A stretch of 64,000 bases of DNA. Source: Clostridia bacterium (lineage in GTDB: Bacteria > Bacillota > Clostridia > Oscillospirales > CAG-272). The position numbers were made by a program, and so were the translations under genes. Positions 17,078-27,192 of the stretch are shown in pieces (position 1 is the stretch's first letter; each line of letters opens with the position of its first letter). The notes under the pieces were generated by a model. The model worked only from the letters and a program-made list of their open reading frames with translations, had not been told where the DNA came from and did not search any database. The stretch is taken from assembly GCA_017464565.1 (NCBI GenBank), contig JAFTZH010000008.1:441-64440 (forward strand), read 5' to 3'.

Positions 17078-19702
17078 TCAAATTTCCTCGTGCTTACCGT
17101 AATAAGCGTTAAGATACATTTGACGGAGCTCGGACATAAGGGGATATCTGGGGTTAGCTCCGGTGCATTGGTCGTCAAACGCCTGCTCTACCATATCGTC
17201 AAGACGGGCAAGGAAGTCCGCCTCATCGGGTACGTAATCCCTTATCGTCTCCTTTATTCCTACCCTCGCCTTAAGCTCGTTAATAGCTCCTATGAGCTTC
17301 TCAAGCTTCTCCTCGTCGCTCTTGCCGCCAAGTCCGAGATAGTCCGCAATCTCCGCGTATCTCGCGAGAGTGTGAGGATGGTCGTACTGCGAGAAGGTTC
17401 CCATCTTTGCGGGTGCCTCGCTCGCGTTGAAGCGGATAACTTCCTCTATCATAAGAGCGTTAGCTACACCGTGAGGCAGGTGGTGGAAAGCTCCAAGCTT
17501 ATGCGCCATAGAATGACATACTCCGAGGAAGGCGTTCGCGAACGCCATTCCCGCCATAGTTGCCGCATTTGCCATCTTCTCTCTTGCCTCTGCGTCGGTC
17601 TGTCCGTTCTCGTACGCTCTCGGCAGATATTCGAATATAACCTTGAGCGCGCGAAGCGCAAGTCCGTCGGTATAGTCGGTTGCGAGCATTGCCGCGTAAG
17701 CCTCAATTGCGTGAGTTACGGCGTCTATACCGGAGGCTGCCGTAAGGCCTCGGGGAGCGGACATATGGAAATCGGTATCTATTATCGCCATATTCGGAAG
17801 AAGCTCGTAGTCGGCAAGAGGATACTTAACGCCGGTCTTTTCGTCGGTAATAACCGCGAACGGCGTTACCTCTGAGCCCGTACCTGCGGAGGTAGGAATT
17901 GCGATGAAGTACGCCTTCTCTCCCATCTTCGGGAAGGTGTAGACTCTCTTTCGGATATCTATAAATCTCATAGCCATATCCATAAAGTCTGCCTCGGGAT
18001 GCTCGTAGAGTACCCACATTATTTTTGCCGCGTCCATTGCGGAACCTCCGCCGAGCGCGATAATGGTATCGGGCGCGAACGAGCTCATCTGCGCCGCTCC
18101 CGCTTTGGCGTTCTCAAGCGTCGGGTCGGGCTGTACGCCGGAGAACGTAGTGTGCTGAATACCCATCTCATCGAGCTTGTCGGTTATCGGCTTCGTATAT
18201 CCGTTCTCGTACAGGAAGGTATCGGTAACTATAAACGCCTTCTTTGCGCCTCTAACGGTTCTCAGCTCATCGAGAGCTACGGGGAGGCAGCCCTTCTTTA
18301 TATATATCTTCTCGGGGGTTCTGAACCAAAGCATATTTTCTCTCCTCTCGGCTACTGTTTTTACGTTAAGAAGGTGTTTAACACCTACGTTCTCGGATAC
18401 GCTGTTACCGCCCCAAGAGCCGCAGCCAAGCGTGAGCGAGGGCGCAAGCTTGAAGTTGTAAAGGTCTCCGATACCGCCGTGAGAGGAAGGGGTGTTAACG
18501 AGTATTCGGCAGGTTTTCATTCTTGCCGCGAACGCCGAAAGCTTCTCCTTCTCGGTTATCTCGTTCAGATATACGCTCGACGTATGTCCGTAGCCTCCGT
18601 CGGCTACCAGTCTGTCCGCCTTATCCAGCGCCTCCTCAAAGCTCTTTGCCTTATACATAGCAAGTACGGGAGACAGCTTCTCGTGCGCGAACTCTTCCGA
18701 AAGCTCTACGCTTTCTACCTCTCCTATGAGTATCTTCGTTCCCGCGGGCACTCTTACTCCCGCGAGCTCGGCTATCCTTGCCGCCTTCTGTCCTACTATC
18801 TTCGCGTTGAGCGCTCCGTTTATGATTATAGTCTTTCTTACCTTCTCGGTCTCCATAGCGTCAAGGAAATAACATCCTCTTCTCGCAAACTCTGCCTTAA
18901 CCGCGTCGTATACGCTTTCAAGCACTATTACGGACTGCTCCGACGCGCATATCATTCCGTTGTCGAAGGTCTTTGAATGTATTATCGAGCTTACGGCAAG
19001 CAGTATATCAGCGCTCTCGTCTATTATCGCCGGCGTATTTCCAGCTCCTACTCCGAGCGCGGGCTTTCCGCTTGAGTACGCCGCCTTCACCATTCCGGGT
19101 CCTCCCGTCGCGAGTATGATATCCGCTTCCTTCATTACCATATTCGTCAGCTCAAGCGAGGGGACGTCTATCCAACCTATTATTCCCTCGGGCGCTCCCG
19201 CCGCGACTGCCGCCTCAAGCACGAGCTTTGCCGCCGCTATCGTAGATTTCTTTGCTCTCGGGTGCGGGCTTATTATTATTCCGTTTCTCGTCTTAAGCGA
19301 GATAAGCGTTTTGAATATTGCCGTTGACGTAGGGTTTGTCGTCGGTATTACCGCCGCTATCACTCCTATCGGCTCGGCTATCTTCTTCGTTCCGTATGCC
19401 TTATCCTCTTCTATTACTCCGCAGGTCTTCGTTTCCTTGTAGGCGTTGTAGATATATTCAGACGCGTAGTGGTTCTTTATTACCTTATCCTCTACCACTC
19501 CCATTCCGGTCTCCTCGACCGCCATCTTCGCCAATTCTATCCTTGCCTTGTTCGCCGCGCTCGCCGCCGCCAAAAATATCCTGTCTACTTCCTCCTGACT
19601 GTATTTCGCGTACTCCGCCTGCGCTCCGCGTACCTCGTCAAACTTTGCCGCGAGCGCTTCGGTGCCGTCAACTATCGTGTATTGCTTTTCTGCCATAATC
19701 AA
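17078..19702 (-). CDS. adhE: Bifunctional acetaldehyde-CoA/alcohol dehydrogenase
   Basis: 874 aa. N-terminal aldehyde dehydrogenase domain and C-terminal iron alcohol dehydrogenase domain (GGGSAMDAAK, HSMAHKLG). Confidence 0.95.
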   Translation of the reverse strand: MIMAEKQYTIVDGTEALAAKFDEVRGAQAEYAKYSQEEVDRIFLAAASAANKARIELAKMAVEETGMGVVEDKVIKNHYASEYIYNAYKETKTCGVIEEDKAYGTKKIAEPIGVIAAVIPTTNPTSTAIFKTLISLKTRNGIIISPHPRAKKSTIAAAKLVLEAAVAAGAPEGIIGWIDVPSLELTNMVMKEADIILATGGPGMVKAAYSSGKPALGVGAGNTPAIIDESADILLAVSSIIHSKTFDNGMICASEQSVIVLESVYDAVKAEFARRGCYFLDAMETEKVRKTIIINGALNAKIVGQKAARIAELAGVRVPAGTKILIGEVESVELSEEFAHEKLSPVLAMYKAKSFEEALDKADRLVADGGYGHTSSVYLNEITEKEKLSAFAARMKTCRILVNTPSSHGGIGDLYNFKLAPSLTLGCGSWGGNSVSENVGVKHLLNVKTVAERRENMLWFRTPEKIYIKKGCLPVALDELRTVRGAKKAFIVTDTFLYENGYTKPITDKLDEMGIQHTTFSGVQPDPTLENAKAGAAQMSSFAPDTIIALGGGSAMDAAKIMWVLYEHPEADFMDMAMRFIDIRKRVYTFPKMGEKAYFIAIPTSAGTGSEVTPFAVITDEKTGVKYPLADYELLPNMAIIDTDFHMSAPRGLTAASGIDAVTHAIEAYAAMLATDYTDGLALRALKVIFEYLPRAYENGQTDAEAREKMANAATMAGMAFANAFLGVCHSMAHKLGAFHHLPHGVANALMIEEVIRFNASEAPAKMGTFSQYDHPHTLARYAEIADYLGLGGKSDEEKLEKLIGAINELKARVGIKETIRDYVPDEADFLARLDDMVEQAFDDQCTGANPRYPLMSELRQMYLNAYYGKHEEI

Positions 19703-19830
19703 CCCAAACCTTTCCGAACCGTGCCAATAGACAGGTTCTCTGCTAAAAATTTTTAGGATTTTACAAAATTACAGCCGCAAGCTACGAGTAATACCGCAGC
19801 TTAAAAACATACTGCCAAGGCTGTGATTTT

Positions 19831-19859
19831 ATTATATCATTATGATATGTGCTTGTCAA
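19831..19859 (-). promoter_or_regulatory. Consensus sigma-70 promoter for adhE
   Basis: On the reverse strand: TTGACA (19859..19854), a 17-nt spacer, then TATAAT (19836..19831). Implies a 5-prime UTR of about 125 nt. Confidence 0.6.
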
Positions 19860-19866
19860 TAGAATA

Positions 19867-19886
19867 TTGTTAAAAATTTATCACAA
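19867..19886. promoter_or_regulatory. Rex-like operator half-palindrome next to the adhE -35 element
   Basis: TTGTTAAAAATTTATCACAA compared with the Rex consensus TTGTGAAnnnnnnTTCACAA. It lies 8 nt upstream of the -35 element. Confidence 0.4.
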
Positions 19887-19961
19887 TTATGCAAATTGTA
19901 TAAATATATCTAATTAAGGAGAAGCAAACGCTTGAATTTATTGTGAAATTATCTCAAAAAA

Positions 19962-20228
19962 CTATTCCCCGTGTCTTTTTCCCGAATTGACTCCCACACC
20001 GTTTATATACACGTCGGGCTCTCCTCTTTTGGGAAAATCAAGTATAGCCGCTTCTTCTCCGAGCTTGAACACCTGATTGGTTCCGCGAAGCTTTAAAAAT
20101 CCCGTGCTAATATCAAATTTATCTCCGTCGATAGTTACGACCGCTTTTCCCGTAAGCATTGAGTAAAGCAGAGAAACCTTGTGTTCGCCGTCGTCGAGCT
20201 TGATATTCCAATTTATCTTCCTTGCCAT
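19962..20228 (-). CDS. Small hypothetical protein (88 aa)
   Basis: Preferred start is MARKINWNIKLDDGEHK, with RBS AAGGAGA 7 nt upstream. The track ORF extends to 20267 without an RBS. No family recognised. Confidence 0.5.
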   Translation of the reverse strand: MARKINWNIKLDDGEHKVSLLYSMLTGKAVVTIDGDKFDISTGFLKLRGTNQVFKLGEEAAILDFPKRGEPDVYINGVGVNSGKRHGE

Positions 20229-20420
20229 AATATTCTCCTTAAAGTGATTTAAGATTTTACACTTCATTTTACCATAAAAGAATACGGATTGTCAATCGTC
20301 TATATATCTCCCAATAGTTAATTTATTTAATATTTTTTGTAAACCGTGTTCCTTTTGAGAAAATAATATGATATAATTATATTTGGCTGAATAGGTCAAA
20401 CCGAAGCGGAGGACGTAAAA

Positions 20421-21194
20421 ATGGGAAAAAGAAAGGAAAAGGCAAAGGAAAAAGCCAAAAAGCTTTTTAAGGATACCGAGCTTAAGGAAACCAAGCATTA
20501 CTCGAAAAAAGTGTCGGCAATCGTTCTGTCGTCCTTTTCGGTTCTTTCCTGCGTACTTGCGGTTTTCGGATTTATCTGGCTTCAGACCAACTTTTCGGAC
20601 ACCGACGCCCTCAAAGCGTTAGTAGAAAAAAACTATCTTTTAAGCGCCGTAGTTCTGATTTTTATATGTGCAATACAGGTAATGGTAGCGCTGATACCGG
20701 GGGAGCTTGTAGAAATTGCGTCGGGTTACGCATTCGGAGCCATACCCGGAGCGCTCCTATGCCTTGCGGGTATAACCCTTGGGAGCGTATGCGCCCTGCT
20801 GCTCACGCGGAAGCTTGGGCGAAAATTCGTAGAGTCGATATACCCAAGAGAGAAAATAGATTCTCTGCCCATACTTAACGACCCCAAAAAACGAAACGTA
20901 TTCGTCGCATTGCTTTTTCTGATACCCGGAACACCGAAGGATCTTATAACTTATATAATCGGAATAACCGAAATGAGTATTCCGTCGTATCTTTTAATAG
21001 CCACCGCGGCAAGACTGCCCTCGATAATAATTTCCACGATGGGCGGGGACGCTCTTGGAAACGACAGATTTTTATACGCGCTCATCGCCTTTATCGTGTC
21101 GGCTGTCGTCAGCCTCATAGGTTATTTGATTTATATAAAAATATCACAAAAGCATAAAAAGCCCCTTAAAAAAGATACCGAATCAAGCGATTAA
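20421..21194 (+). CDS. TVP38/TMEM64 (DedA-related, SNARE-associated) family membrane protein
   Basis: RBS GGAGGA. LIPGELVEIASGYAFG and LLFLIPGTPKDLITYIIGITEMS motifs. Multi-TM. Confidence 0.8.
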   Translation: MGKRKEKAKEKAKKLFKDTELKETKHYSKKVSAIVLSSFSVLSCVLAVFGFIWLQTNFSDTDALKALVEKNYLLSAVVLIFICAIQVMVALIPGELVEIASGYAFGAIPGALLCLAGITLGSVCALLLTRKLGRKFVESIYPREKIDSLPILNDPKKRNVFVALLFLIPGTPKDLITYIIGITEMSIPSYLLIATAARLPSIIISTMGGDALGNDRFLYALIAFIVSAVVSLIGYLIYIKISQKHKKPLKKDTESSD

Positions 21195-21366
21195 GGGACA
21201 ATGTGCACAAAACCAACGGTTCATTTTTGTATATTTTCAATATATTAACAGAAAGTTGATGATTTGTTCATATTTGAATGTTAGAATAAAGCCGCAGAGA
21301 AAATCGGGATATTTTGGAATTACCGATGATTATTAAGTTTTATTTTAATGAAAGGATTTTCACGCT

Positions 21367-21609
21367 ATGAGTTCTAACGGTCAGTATGAATACAAAATCG
21401 AGATCGATACTATGGAAGACGCCAAAAAGATCGTTGCCATCGCAACGAAGCTCAAAGGAAAAATCGTTCTTCGCAGCGACTCAAGATTCTCTGTAAACGC
21501 CAAAAGCCTGCTCGGAGTGCTTCTCGCAAAGAAGCTCAATTGGAGCAATCTCAGAATAGTTATGGAGCAGGACCATTACAGTGAATTTAAAAAATATATA
21601 ATAGATTGA
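21367..21609 (+). CDS. HPr-like small protein lacking the His15 phosphorylation site
   Basis: 80 aa. The segment SVNAKSLLGVLLA resembles the HPr Ser46 region (VNxKSIMGVMSL). The position expected for the GIHARPA loop reads TMEDAKK. Similarity judged by eye. Confidence 0.4.
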   Translation: MSSNGQYEYKIEIDTMEDAKKIVAIATKLKGKIVLRSDSRFSVNAKSLLGVLLAKKLNWSNLRIVMEQDHYSEFKKYIID

Positions 21610-21617
21610 TCTCCGCG

Positions 21618-21662
21618 AAAAAGAAAAAGAGAAGCTTTTTAAAAGCTTCTCTTTTTCTTTTT
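21618..21662. terminator. Bidirectional terminator
   Basis: AAAAAGAAAAAGAGAAGC-TTTTTAAAA-GCTTCTCTTTTTCTTTTT. Confidence 0.75.
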
Positions 21663-21663
21663 A

Positions 21664-21972
21664 TCAATCCAAGTCGGTATAATATATTATCTCGTCCGGA
21701 AAGCACATACCAAGCTTTTCTCTTGCGATGCGTATCTTGTAGTTATCGTCAAGCGGCATCTCAACGAGATACTTCAATTCCTCGTTCTCATCACGAAGCT
21801 GTTCTATGTACGCTTCCTTTTCCGCTGCCTCTTCCTTTATCTTATTGTATTTCATAACGCTCCACAAGAAGAACACCACGGCAAAAACGAAAAGCAGAAC
21901 GATAAACGCCTTTACGAGCGAATACATCACGTTCTTTTTATTTATAAAATATCCCTCAAACGACATTTTCAT
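21664..21972 (-). CDS. divIC: Septum formation initiator, FtsB/DivIC family
   Basis: Single TM followed by a coiled coil (EEAAEKEAYIEQLRDENEELKYL) and ...IAREKLGM. Position after yabP-yabQ matches Bacillus. Confidence 0.8.
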   Translation of the reverse strand: MKMSFEGYFINKKNVMYSLVKAFIVLLFVFAVVFFLWSVMKYNKIKEEAAEKEAYIEQLRDENEELKYLVEMPLDDNYKIRIAREKLGMCFPDEIIYYTDLD

Positions 21973-22595
21973 TCTCCTCTGGTATAATCATCAAGCATAA
22001 AGCCCCGCTCCGCAAGAGAGAAAAGCTCCTTCCTTCTGTCTCTATTATACCTTATAATCTTCTTTTTGGCAAGTACGAGAGAAATATTTTTTACGATTAT
22101 ACGCGCAATTTTCGATATTCCCCGCCATACGAAGAAGAACGGACGCGAAACGACGTAAAGCATTATTTTTAACGCGGCTTTTATAAAGAAAACGATTCCC
22201 TCGGATATGATGGCTACTATCTTCCCTATCGTAAAGTAATATACCGCAAAGCCCGCCGCAACCGCCGCTATGGTATAAAGCCTGAACTGACCTCGGTTCA
22301 GATAATAGTTCAGAATAACCGTTCCGCAAGCCAAAAATATCAAAAGCAAAAAGTCCTGAAAAAATATGAGTACTAAAGCCAAGCCTTTTTTTATCTTTCT
22401 TTCTCCGCTCCCCGCGTTTACCCGCTTCACTAACGGAAGCCTCATATCGTAAAGCTTTTCAAAGTGCCGACCGACGTGAGAGACGCCGAGAAGCGCTCTT
22501 ATTATTTTATTTACGCTTTCAAACGCTCCCGCCGCCATTCCGAACAAAAAGGAATATACGAGCAGAAGAAAAAGCATATACGGGGATATTTCCAT
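21969..22595 (-). CDS. yabQ: Spore cortex biosynthesis protein YabQ
   Basis: Multi-TM protein directly after yabP with a 1-nt overlap. N-terminus MEISPYMLFLLLVYSFLFGMAAGAF is YabQ-like. Confidence 0.75.
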   Translation of the reverse strand: MEISPYMLFLLLVYSFLFGMAAGAFESVNKIIRALLGVSHVGRHFEKLYDMRLPLVKRVNAGSGERKIKKGLALVLIFFQDFLLLIFLACGTVILNYYLNRGQFRLYTIAAVAAGFAVYYFTIGKIVAIISEGIVFFIKAALKIMLYVVSRPFFFVWRGISKIARIIVKNISLVLAKKKIIRYNRDRRKELFSLAERGFMLDDYTRGE

Positions 22596-22873
22596 TACTT
22601 CAACAGCCTTCCGAACAGACCGCGCTTTTTATTCTCGTCGGGGTCGCTGTAATATACCGCGTCCACCTTACCGTCAAGAGAGACTATTCCCCTGTCTGTA
22701 TCAAGCACGCTTATTTTTATATCCTTGCCTTCTATCGTCATCTCACCGCACGACGTGTCGAGAACGACCGCAAGCTCGTCAAAGCTCACCACATCCAAAA
22801 CGCCCGTAATCTCCATATGCTTTCTCACAGAAAGACTTATCTCGTGTATCTTCTTATCGTTTGCCGTATTCAT
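22595..22873 (-). CDS. yabP: Sporulation protein YabP
   Basis: 92 aa. ...HMEITGVLDVVSFDELAVVLDTSCGEMTIEGKDIKISVLDTDRGIVSLDGKVDAVYY is a typical YabP repeat pattern. Confidence 0.85.
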   Translation of the reverse strand: MNTANDKKIHEISLSVRKHMEITGVLDVVSFDELAVVLDTSCGEMTIEGKDIKISVLDTDRGIVSLDGKVDAVYYSDPDENKKRGLFGRLLK

Positions 22874-22963
22874 ACCGATACCCCAATCCTTTTATCCGAT
22901 TTCAGGATTAACGCAAAAGTTCCGCATATCCATCAATAAATGGATATGCGGAAGCTTCTTTTT

Positions 22964-23206
22964 TTATTCGATGATTTCGTACATTCCCGAGGCGTCCGCC
23001 TTTGATACGTTGTCCTTGACGCTGACCACTTTTACCTTCAGCGTTCTCTGACCGAAGCTTATCTCAAGGAGATCACCCTCCTTGACATCGTAAGACGCCT
23101 TTGCGGGTCTTCCGTTCACGGTAACGTGAGACGCGTCGCAGGCATCGTTGGCGACGGTGCGCCGCTTGATTATTCTCGAAACCTTAAGATATTTGTCAAG
23201 TCTCAT
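22964..23206 (-). CDS. yabO: RNA-binding S4 domain protein (YabO/Hsp15-like)
   Basis: [35 protein letters not shown]. The start at 23206 has RBS AAAGGA. The track ORF begins 15 nt further upstream. Confidence 0.8.
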   Translation of the reverse strand: MRLDKYLKVSRIIKRRTVANDACDASHVTVNGRPAKASYDVKEGDLLEISFGQRTLKVKVVSVKDNVSKADASGMYEIIE

Positions 23207-23283
23207 AAAATATCCTTTCACCCTAAAAAATACAAAGGCGGCAAAGATAAAATCCTTGCGCGCCTAATGTATAAAACCAAGAA

Positions 23284-23556
23284 TCAGTTTACGGAGTCCT
23301 TAAGTCCCTTGCCGGCAGAGAATGCGGGGCACTTGGAAGCGGCAATCTTTATGGTCTCGCCCGTCTTGGGGTTGCGGCCTTCTCTTGCTGCTCTTTCCTT
23401 AACCTCAAAAGTACCAAAGCCAACGAGCTGTACCTTGTCTCCTGCCTTAAGCGTTTCTGCTATAACCTCGGTCATAGCGTTTACTGCTGCCTCAGCGTCC
23501 TTCTTCTTAATATCTGCCTTTGCTGCTACTGCTTCGATAAGCTGTGTCTTGTTCAT
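23284..23556 (-). CDS. hup: DNA-binding protein HU
   Basis: [28 protein letters not shown]...[36 protein letters not shown]. Confidence 0.95.
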   Translation of the reverse strand: MNKTQLIEAVAAKADIKKKDAEAAVNAMTEVIAETLKAGDKVQLVGFGTFEVKERAAREGRNPKTGETIKIAASKCPAFSAGKGLKDSVN

Positions 23557-23688
23557 AATAATTTTTCCTTCCTGTCTTTTATTTACCGAGCTTTGCCCGA
23601 TATAAATTATGTACCAATTATACCATATATATTTAGCAATTTCAAGGCTTTTTTGACTTTTTTTCCAAAAAAATTATGCGTTTTTCGC

Positions 23689-24495
23689 TTAATTATGCTT
23701 TATTCTGTCCCAAATAGCGTCAAGCTCGGTCATTTTCATCGAATCTATCGCCTTTCCGCTCTCTAAAACCTCGTTTTCTATACGTTCAAAGCGGGAAATA
23801 AACTTATCGGTCGCGCGGTTGAGAGCCACCTCGGGCTCGACGCCGAGCTTTCGGCAAAGTGAGGTGACCGTTAGAAGAAGATCTCCTATCTCCTCCTCAA
23901 CGGCAGACTTATCCTCCGCCTCTATCGCCTCGCTCACCTCCACCATTTCCTCCGCCAGCTTATCCATAACAGCCTCTGTAGTTTCAAAATCAAAGCAAGA
24001 CGCTTTTTTGCCTACCTTTTCAGCCCTCATAAGCGCGGGAAGCATAGGCGGTATAGCCTTCAGCTTATCCGATACCGTCTTTCTCTCCTTTTCGTCGCTC
24101 TTTATCTTCTCCCAATTTGAAAGTACCTCCGCCGAGCCGTTTACCGATACCTCTCCGAACACGTGCGGGTGGCGGTGTATCAGCTTCATACATATATCGT
24201 TCGCAACGTCGTTTATATTGAAGCTTCCCTGTTCCTCCTCTATTCTCGCGTGAAAGACGACCTGAAGCAAAACGTCTCCAAGCTCCTCGCGCAGCAGCTT
24301 CGGGTTTTCGGTATCAATAGCCTCTATCACCTCGTAGGTCTCCTCAATAAAATCCTTTCGGATGCTGTGGTGATTCTGTTCTCTATCCCACGGACAGCCC
24401 TCCTCCGAGCGAAGTATCTCCATAATACCGACCAAATCCTCAAAACCGTAACTTTCCTTTGAGCAAAGCTTCCTTATCTTTTCGTTTTCAATCAT
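23689..24495 (-). CDS. mazG: Nucleoside triphosphate pyrophosphohydrolase MazG
   Basis: Two MazG repeats, CPWDREQNHHSIRKDFIEETYEVIEAI and EEIGDLLL. 268 aa. Confidence 0.9.
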   Translation of the reverse strand: MIENEKIRKLCSKESYGFEDLVGIMEILRSEEGCPWDREQNHHSIRKDFIEETYEVIEAIDTENPKLLREELGDVLLQVVFHARIEEEQGSFNINDVANDICMKLIHRHPHVFGEVSVNGSAEVLSNWEKIKSDEKERKTVSDKLKAIPPMLPALMRAEKVGKKASCFDFETTEAVMDKLAEEMVEVSEAIEAEDKSAVEEEIGDLLLTVTSLCRKLGVEPEVALNRATDKFISRFERIENEVLESGKAIDSMKMTELDAIWDRIKHN

Positions 24496-24498
24496 TTT

Positions 24499-26172
24499 TT
24501 ATTCCTTTCGCGCAAGCGTATTTTTTTCATTTTTCCATATTCCGAGTCTGCCGAAAAAGCGTGCCAGCTTCTCTCCGCGGGGAAGCAGAAGCATATCCTT
24601 TTTCGTAATCGCGCCGAACAAAAGAGCGAATACGAGATAACTTAAAAGCGCCGCGGGAAGTGCCGCGATAAAGGCGGCGGTGAGGTTTTCGGTAAGCGAA
24701 GAAACCGCGAGATAAACCGCAAAGGAAACCACCGTCATAACGCAGGACGCGGCAAAAGGCTTCATATACGTCTGAAAAACCCCGTCGGTTCTCGGAACGT
24801 ATTTATTTATATAATAAAGATTTATAACCGTTATCGTGATATTGCAAAGCAAGGTACTTATCGGCGCTCCGTATATTCCTATTTCCTCGTTTCCTATGAG
24901 AATATACGCCGCCGCGATTTTTACGAGCGCCCCCGCCGCCATAGAAATTATGGGCTTTGAGGTTTTTCGGTAGGACTGAAGAATGGCGTTGGTCGTAGTA
25001 ATAAGGCAGGCAAAAATTATGGATATTCCGAGCAGGGACAAAAGAGGTGCCGCTATCGCCGCCGCTTCTGCTTCATTTGGGAACAACAAGTCAAGAATAC
25101 GCGGGGCGTAGACGGAGATTCCCATTGACGCGGGAAGCGAAAAAAGCACGGTTATCCGAAGCGCCGAGCCTACTACGTCAGACTGCGCGCCGTCCGCTCT
25201 TCTCTCTATCGCCGCAGAAAGCTGCGGTACGAGAGCGAGTGCTATCGGAGTTATAAGAGACGGAATCAAGCTGAAAACGGGAACGGCAAGCGTGGTATAC
25301 GAGCCGTACACCTCGTTAGCGCCCGCCGACGTATACCCGATATCCTGAAGTCTTTTCATAATAAGCGCCATATCGGTTATGCGCGTAAGGCTGAGTACCG
25401 CCGAGCTTAAGGTTATCGGAACGGCTATCTTAAACAGCGTACCCAATATCCGTTCTTTCTTTTCTTCTCCAAGCTCCGCCGATAACTTTTCCCTTTTTAT
25501 TTTTCTGTCGTCTATTGCCTTCAGAACGAGCAGATAAAGAGCCGACAGAAGCGTTCCGAGGCTAAGTCCTATTATCGCCGCGGCGGCGGCTGTCGGTATA
25601 CCGTACCCCGCGTCAAGCGCCCATTTAGCGAAAATTATTCCGAAAAATAGCTTACAGACAGCCTCGATAAGCTGTGAGAGTGCCGTCGGCATCATTCGGC
25701 AGAAGCCTTGAAAATATCCTCTCACCGCGCTCGATATACATACGAATATCAACGCGGGGGCTATCGCGACGACCGAGGCGTACGCCTGCGGATTCTCTAT
25801 CCATTCGGATATCTCGCCCGAAAACAAGGTCATAGCAAGACAGCCCGATACTCCGAGCAGCAAAAACACCGTCATCGCGGTACCGTATATTTTTTTTACT
25901 CTTTGATATCTTCCCCTCTCGAGTGCCGCCGATACGAGCATAGAAAGAGCCACGGGAAGCCCCGCCGTCGAGATGACGCAAAGAAGCGCATATATCTCGT
26001 AAGCGGAATTAAAATATCCCATTCCCTCTGCTCCGAGAAGAGACATCATAGGTATTTTATACGCAAGTCCTATAAACTTGACTATAAAGGTAGAAAGCGA
26101 GAGAACGAATACCCCCGATATAAAGCTTTTTCCGCCCTTTTCCGAAGTACCTGAAACAGAGTGTTTTTTCAA
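24499..26172 (-). CDS. MOP-superfamily flippase, SpoVB/MurJ-like (stage V sporulation protein B-like)
   Basis: About 14 TM helices, with KFIGLAYKIPMMSLLGAEGMGYFNSAYEIY. The probable start is TTG at 26172, with RBS AGAGGTG 6 nt upstream. The track ORF runs to the ATG at 26211. Synteny matches yabM. Confidence 0.75.
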   Translation of the reverse strand: MKKHSVSGTSEKGGKSFISGVFVLSLSTFIVKFIGLAYKIPMMSLLGAEGMGYFNSAYEIYALLCVISTAGLPVALSMLVSAALERGRYQRVKKIYGTAMTVFLLLGVSGCLAMTLFSGEISEWIENPQAYASVVAIAPALIFVCISSAVRGYFQGFCRMMPTALSQLIEAVCKLFFGIIFAKWALDAGYGIPTAAAAAIIGLSLGTLLSALYLLVLKAIDDRKIKREKLSAELGEEKKERILGTLFKIAVPITLSSAVLSLTRITDMALIMKRLQDIGYTSAGANEVYGSYTTLAVPVFSLIPSLITPIALALVPQLSAAIERRADGAQSDVVGSALRITVLFSLPASMGISVYAPRILDLLFPNEAEAAAIAAPLLSLLGISIIFACLITTTNAILQSYRKTSKPIISMAAGALVKIAAAYILIGNEEIGIYGAPISTLLCNITITVINLYYINKYVPRTDGVFQTYMKPFAASCVMTVVSFAVYLAVSSLTENLTAAFIAALPAALLSYLVFALLFGAITKKDMLLLPRGEKLARFFGRLGIWKNEKNTLARKE

Positions 26173-26277
26173 AACCGCACCTCTTATGAACTCTTGAATA
26201 CATAAAATCAATACTATATATATTCAAAAGCATTACTCAGTATGTACGTTGGAAATCAAGCGGAAATCACCGTAATA

Positions 26278-27192
26278 TTAAACGAACTCTCTGTAAAGAG
26301 ACTTTTCCGGAAGAAGCTCGGCAGGTATCGCTTCAACGGGAGAGAGCTTTTCAAGTATATCGTCGGCGTCCGCGCGGTACACGCTGTTGTCCGGCAGCTC
26401 TCCGAGAATCCGCGTAAGATACGGCTTTAGCACGCCAAGCTCGTAAGCGAAGCTCGAATCTATGCGAATATGCGCCGAATCGGCAAACGGAAATATATTT
26501 TCCTCCTCGTTTTTTCTGACGCTCTGCCATATTTTAAAAGTAAATTCGGCGGGGGTGCTTCTGAAATTTCTGTCCCGAACGAGCCTTCTCAAAAATCTCA
26601 GCTTGTTTGGCGAAAACTCCGACGCGCCCGACGCCACGGCGCACGCGGGAGCGATATAAGCCCCTGAAAATCCGTGCTTGCCAAGCAGAGCGGTAACCTG
26701 CGGATAAAGAGCCTGTATACCCTCAAAGATGAAAATATCGTTCTCTCCGCACAAAATTTTTCTGTAAGATATTCTTCTTCCCGAATGAAAATCGAAAACG
26801 GGACAGGAAAGCTCCCCTCCGTCGAATATCCTGTCAACGAAAGCGCCGAGTGTATCAAGGTCTATCGTTTTATGCGAATCGTAGTCTATCTCGCCGCTTC
26901 CGCTGTCGAGCGACATTCTGTGCAAAACGTCCTTGTCGTAATAAAAATCGTCTATTGATACGGCGTTTATCCGCCGTCCTCTTTTTTCAATCTCCGATAT
27001 TATTTTATTAGCCGCCGTCGTCTTTCCCGAGCAGGTCGGACCCGACAGCGCGATTATTCTCGGTACACCGGACGAAAGCATCTCGTCAACGGCACTCCGA
27101 AAATCCGTCTCGAAATCCGCTTCACATCCAAGCACGAAGCTTTTCATCTCCTCTGGCGTATCAAAAGAAGCAGGCGCTTTTTTTACTTTCAT
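26278..27192 (-). CDS. Uridine kinase/phosphoribulokinase-family P-loop kinase
   Basis: Walker A IIALSGPTCSGKTT, then ...VSIDDFY. 304 aa. Confidence 0.65.
   Translation of the reverse strand: MKVKKAPASFDTPEEMKSFVLGCEADFETDFRSAVDEMLSSGVPRIIALSGPTCSGKTTAANKIISEIEKRGRRINAVSIDDFYYDKDVLHRMSLDSGSGEIDYDSHKTIDLDTLGAFVDRIFDGGELSCPVFDFHSGRRISYRKILCGENDIFIFEGIQALYPQVTALLGKHGFSGAYIAPACAVASGASEFSPNKLRFLRRLVRDRNFRSTPAEFTFKIWQSVRKNEEENIFPFADSAHIRIDSSFAYELGVLKPYLTRILGELPDNSVYRADADDILEKLSPVEAIPAELLPEKSLYREFV

Noticed and set aside
17006-19756. Several long plus-strand ORFs (289, 325, 160, 120 and 95 aa).
   Set aside because: All are antisense to adhE, low-complexity and without an RBS. They are shadow ORFs.
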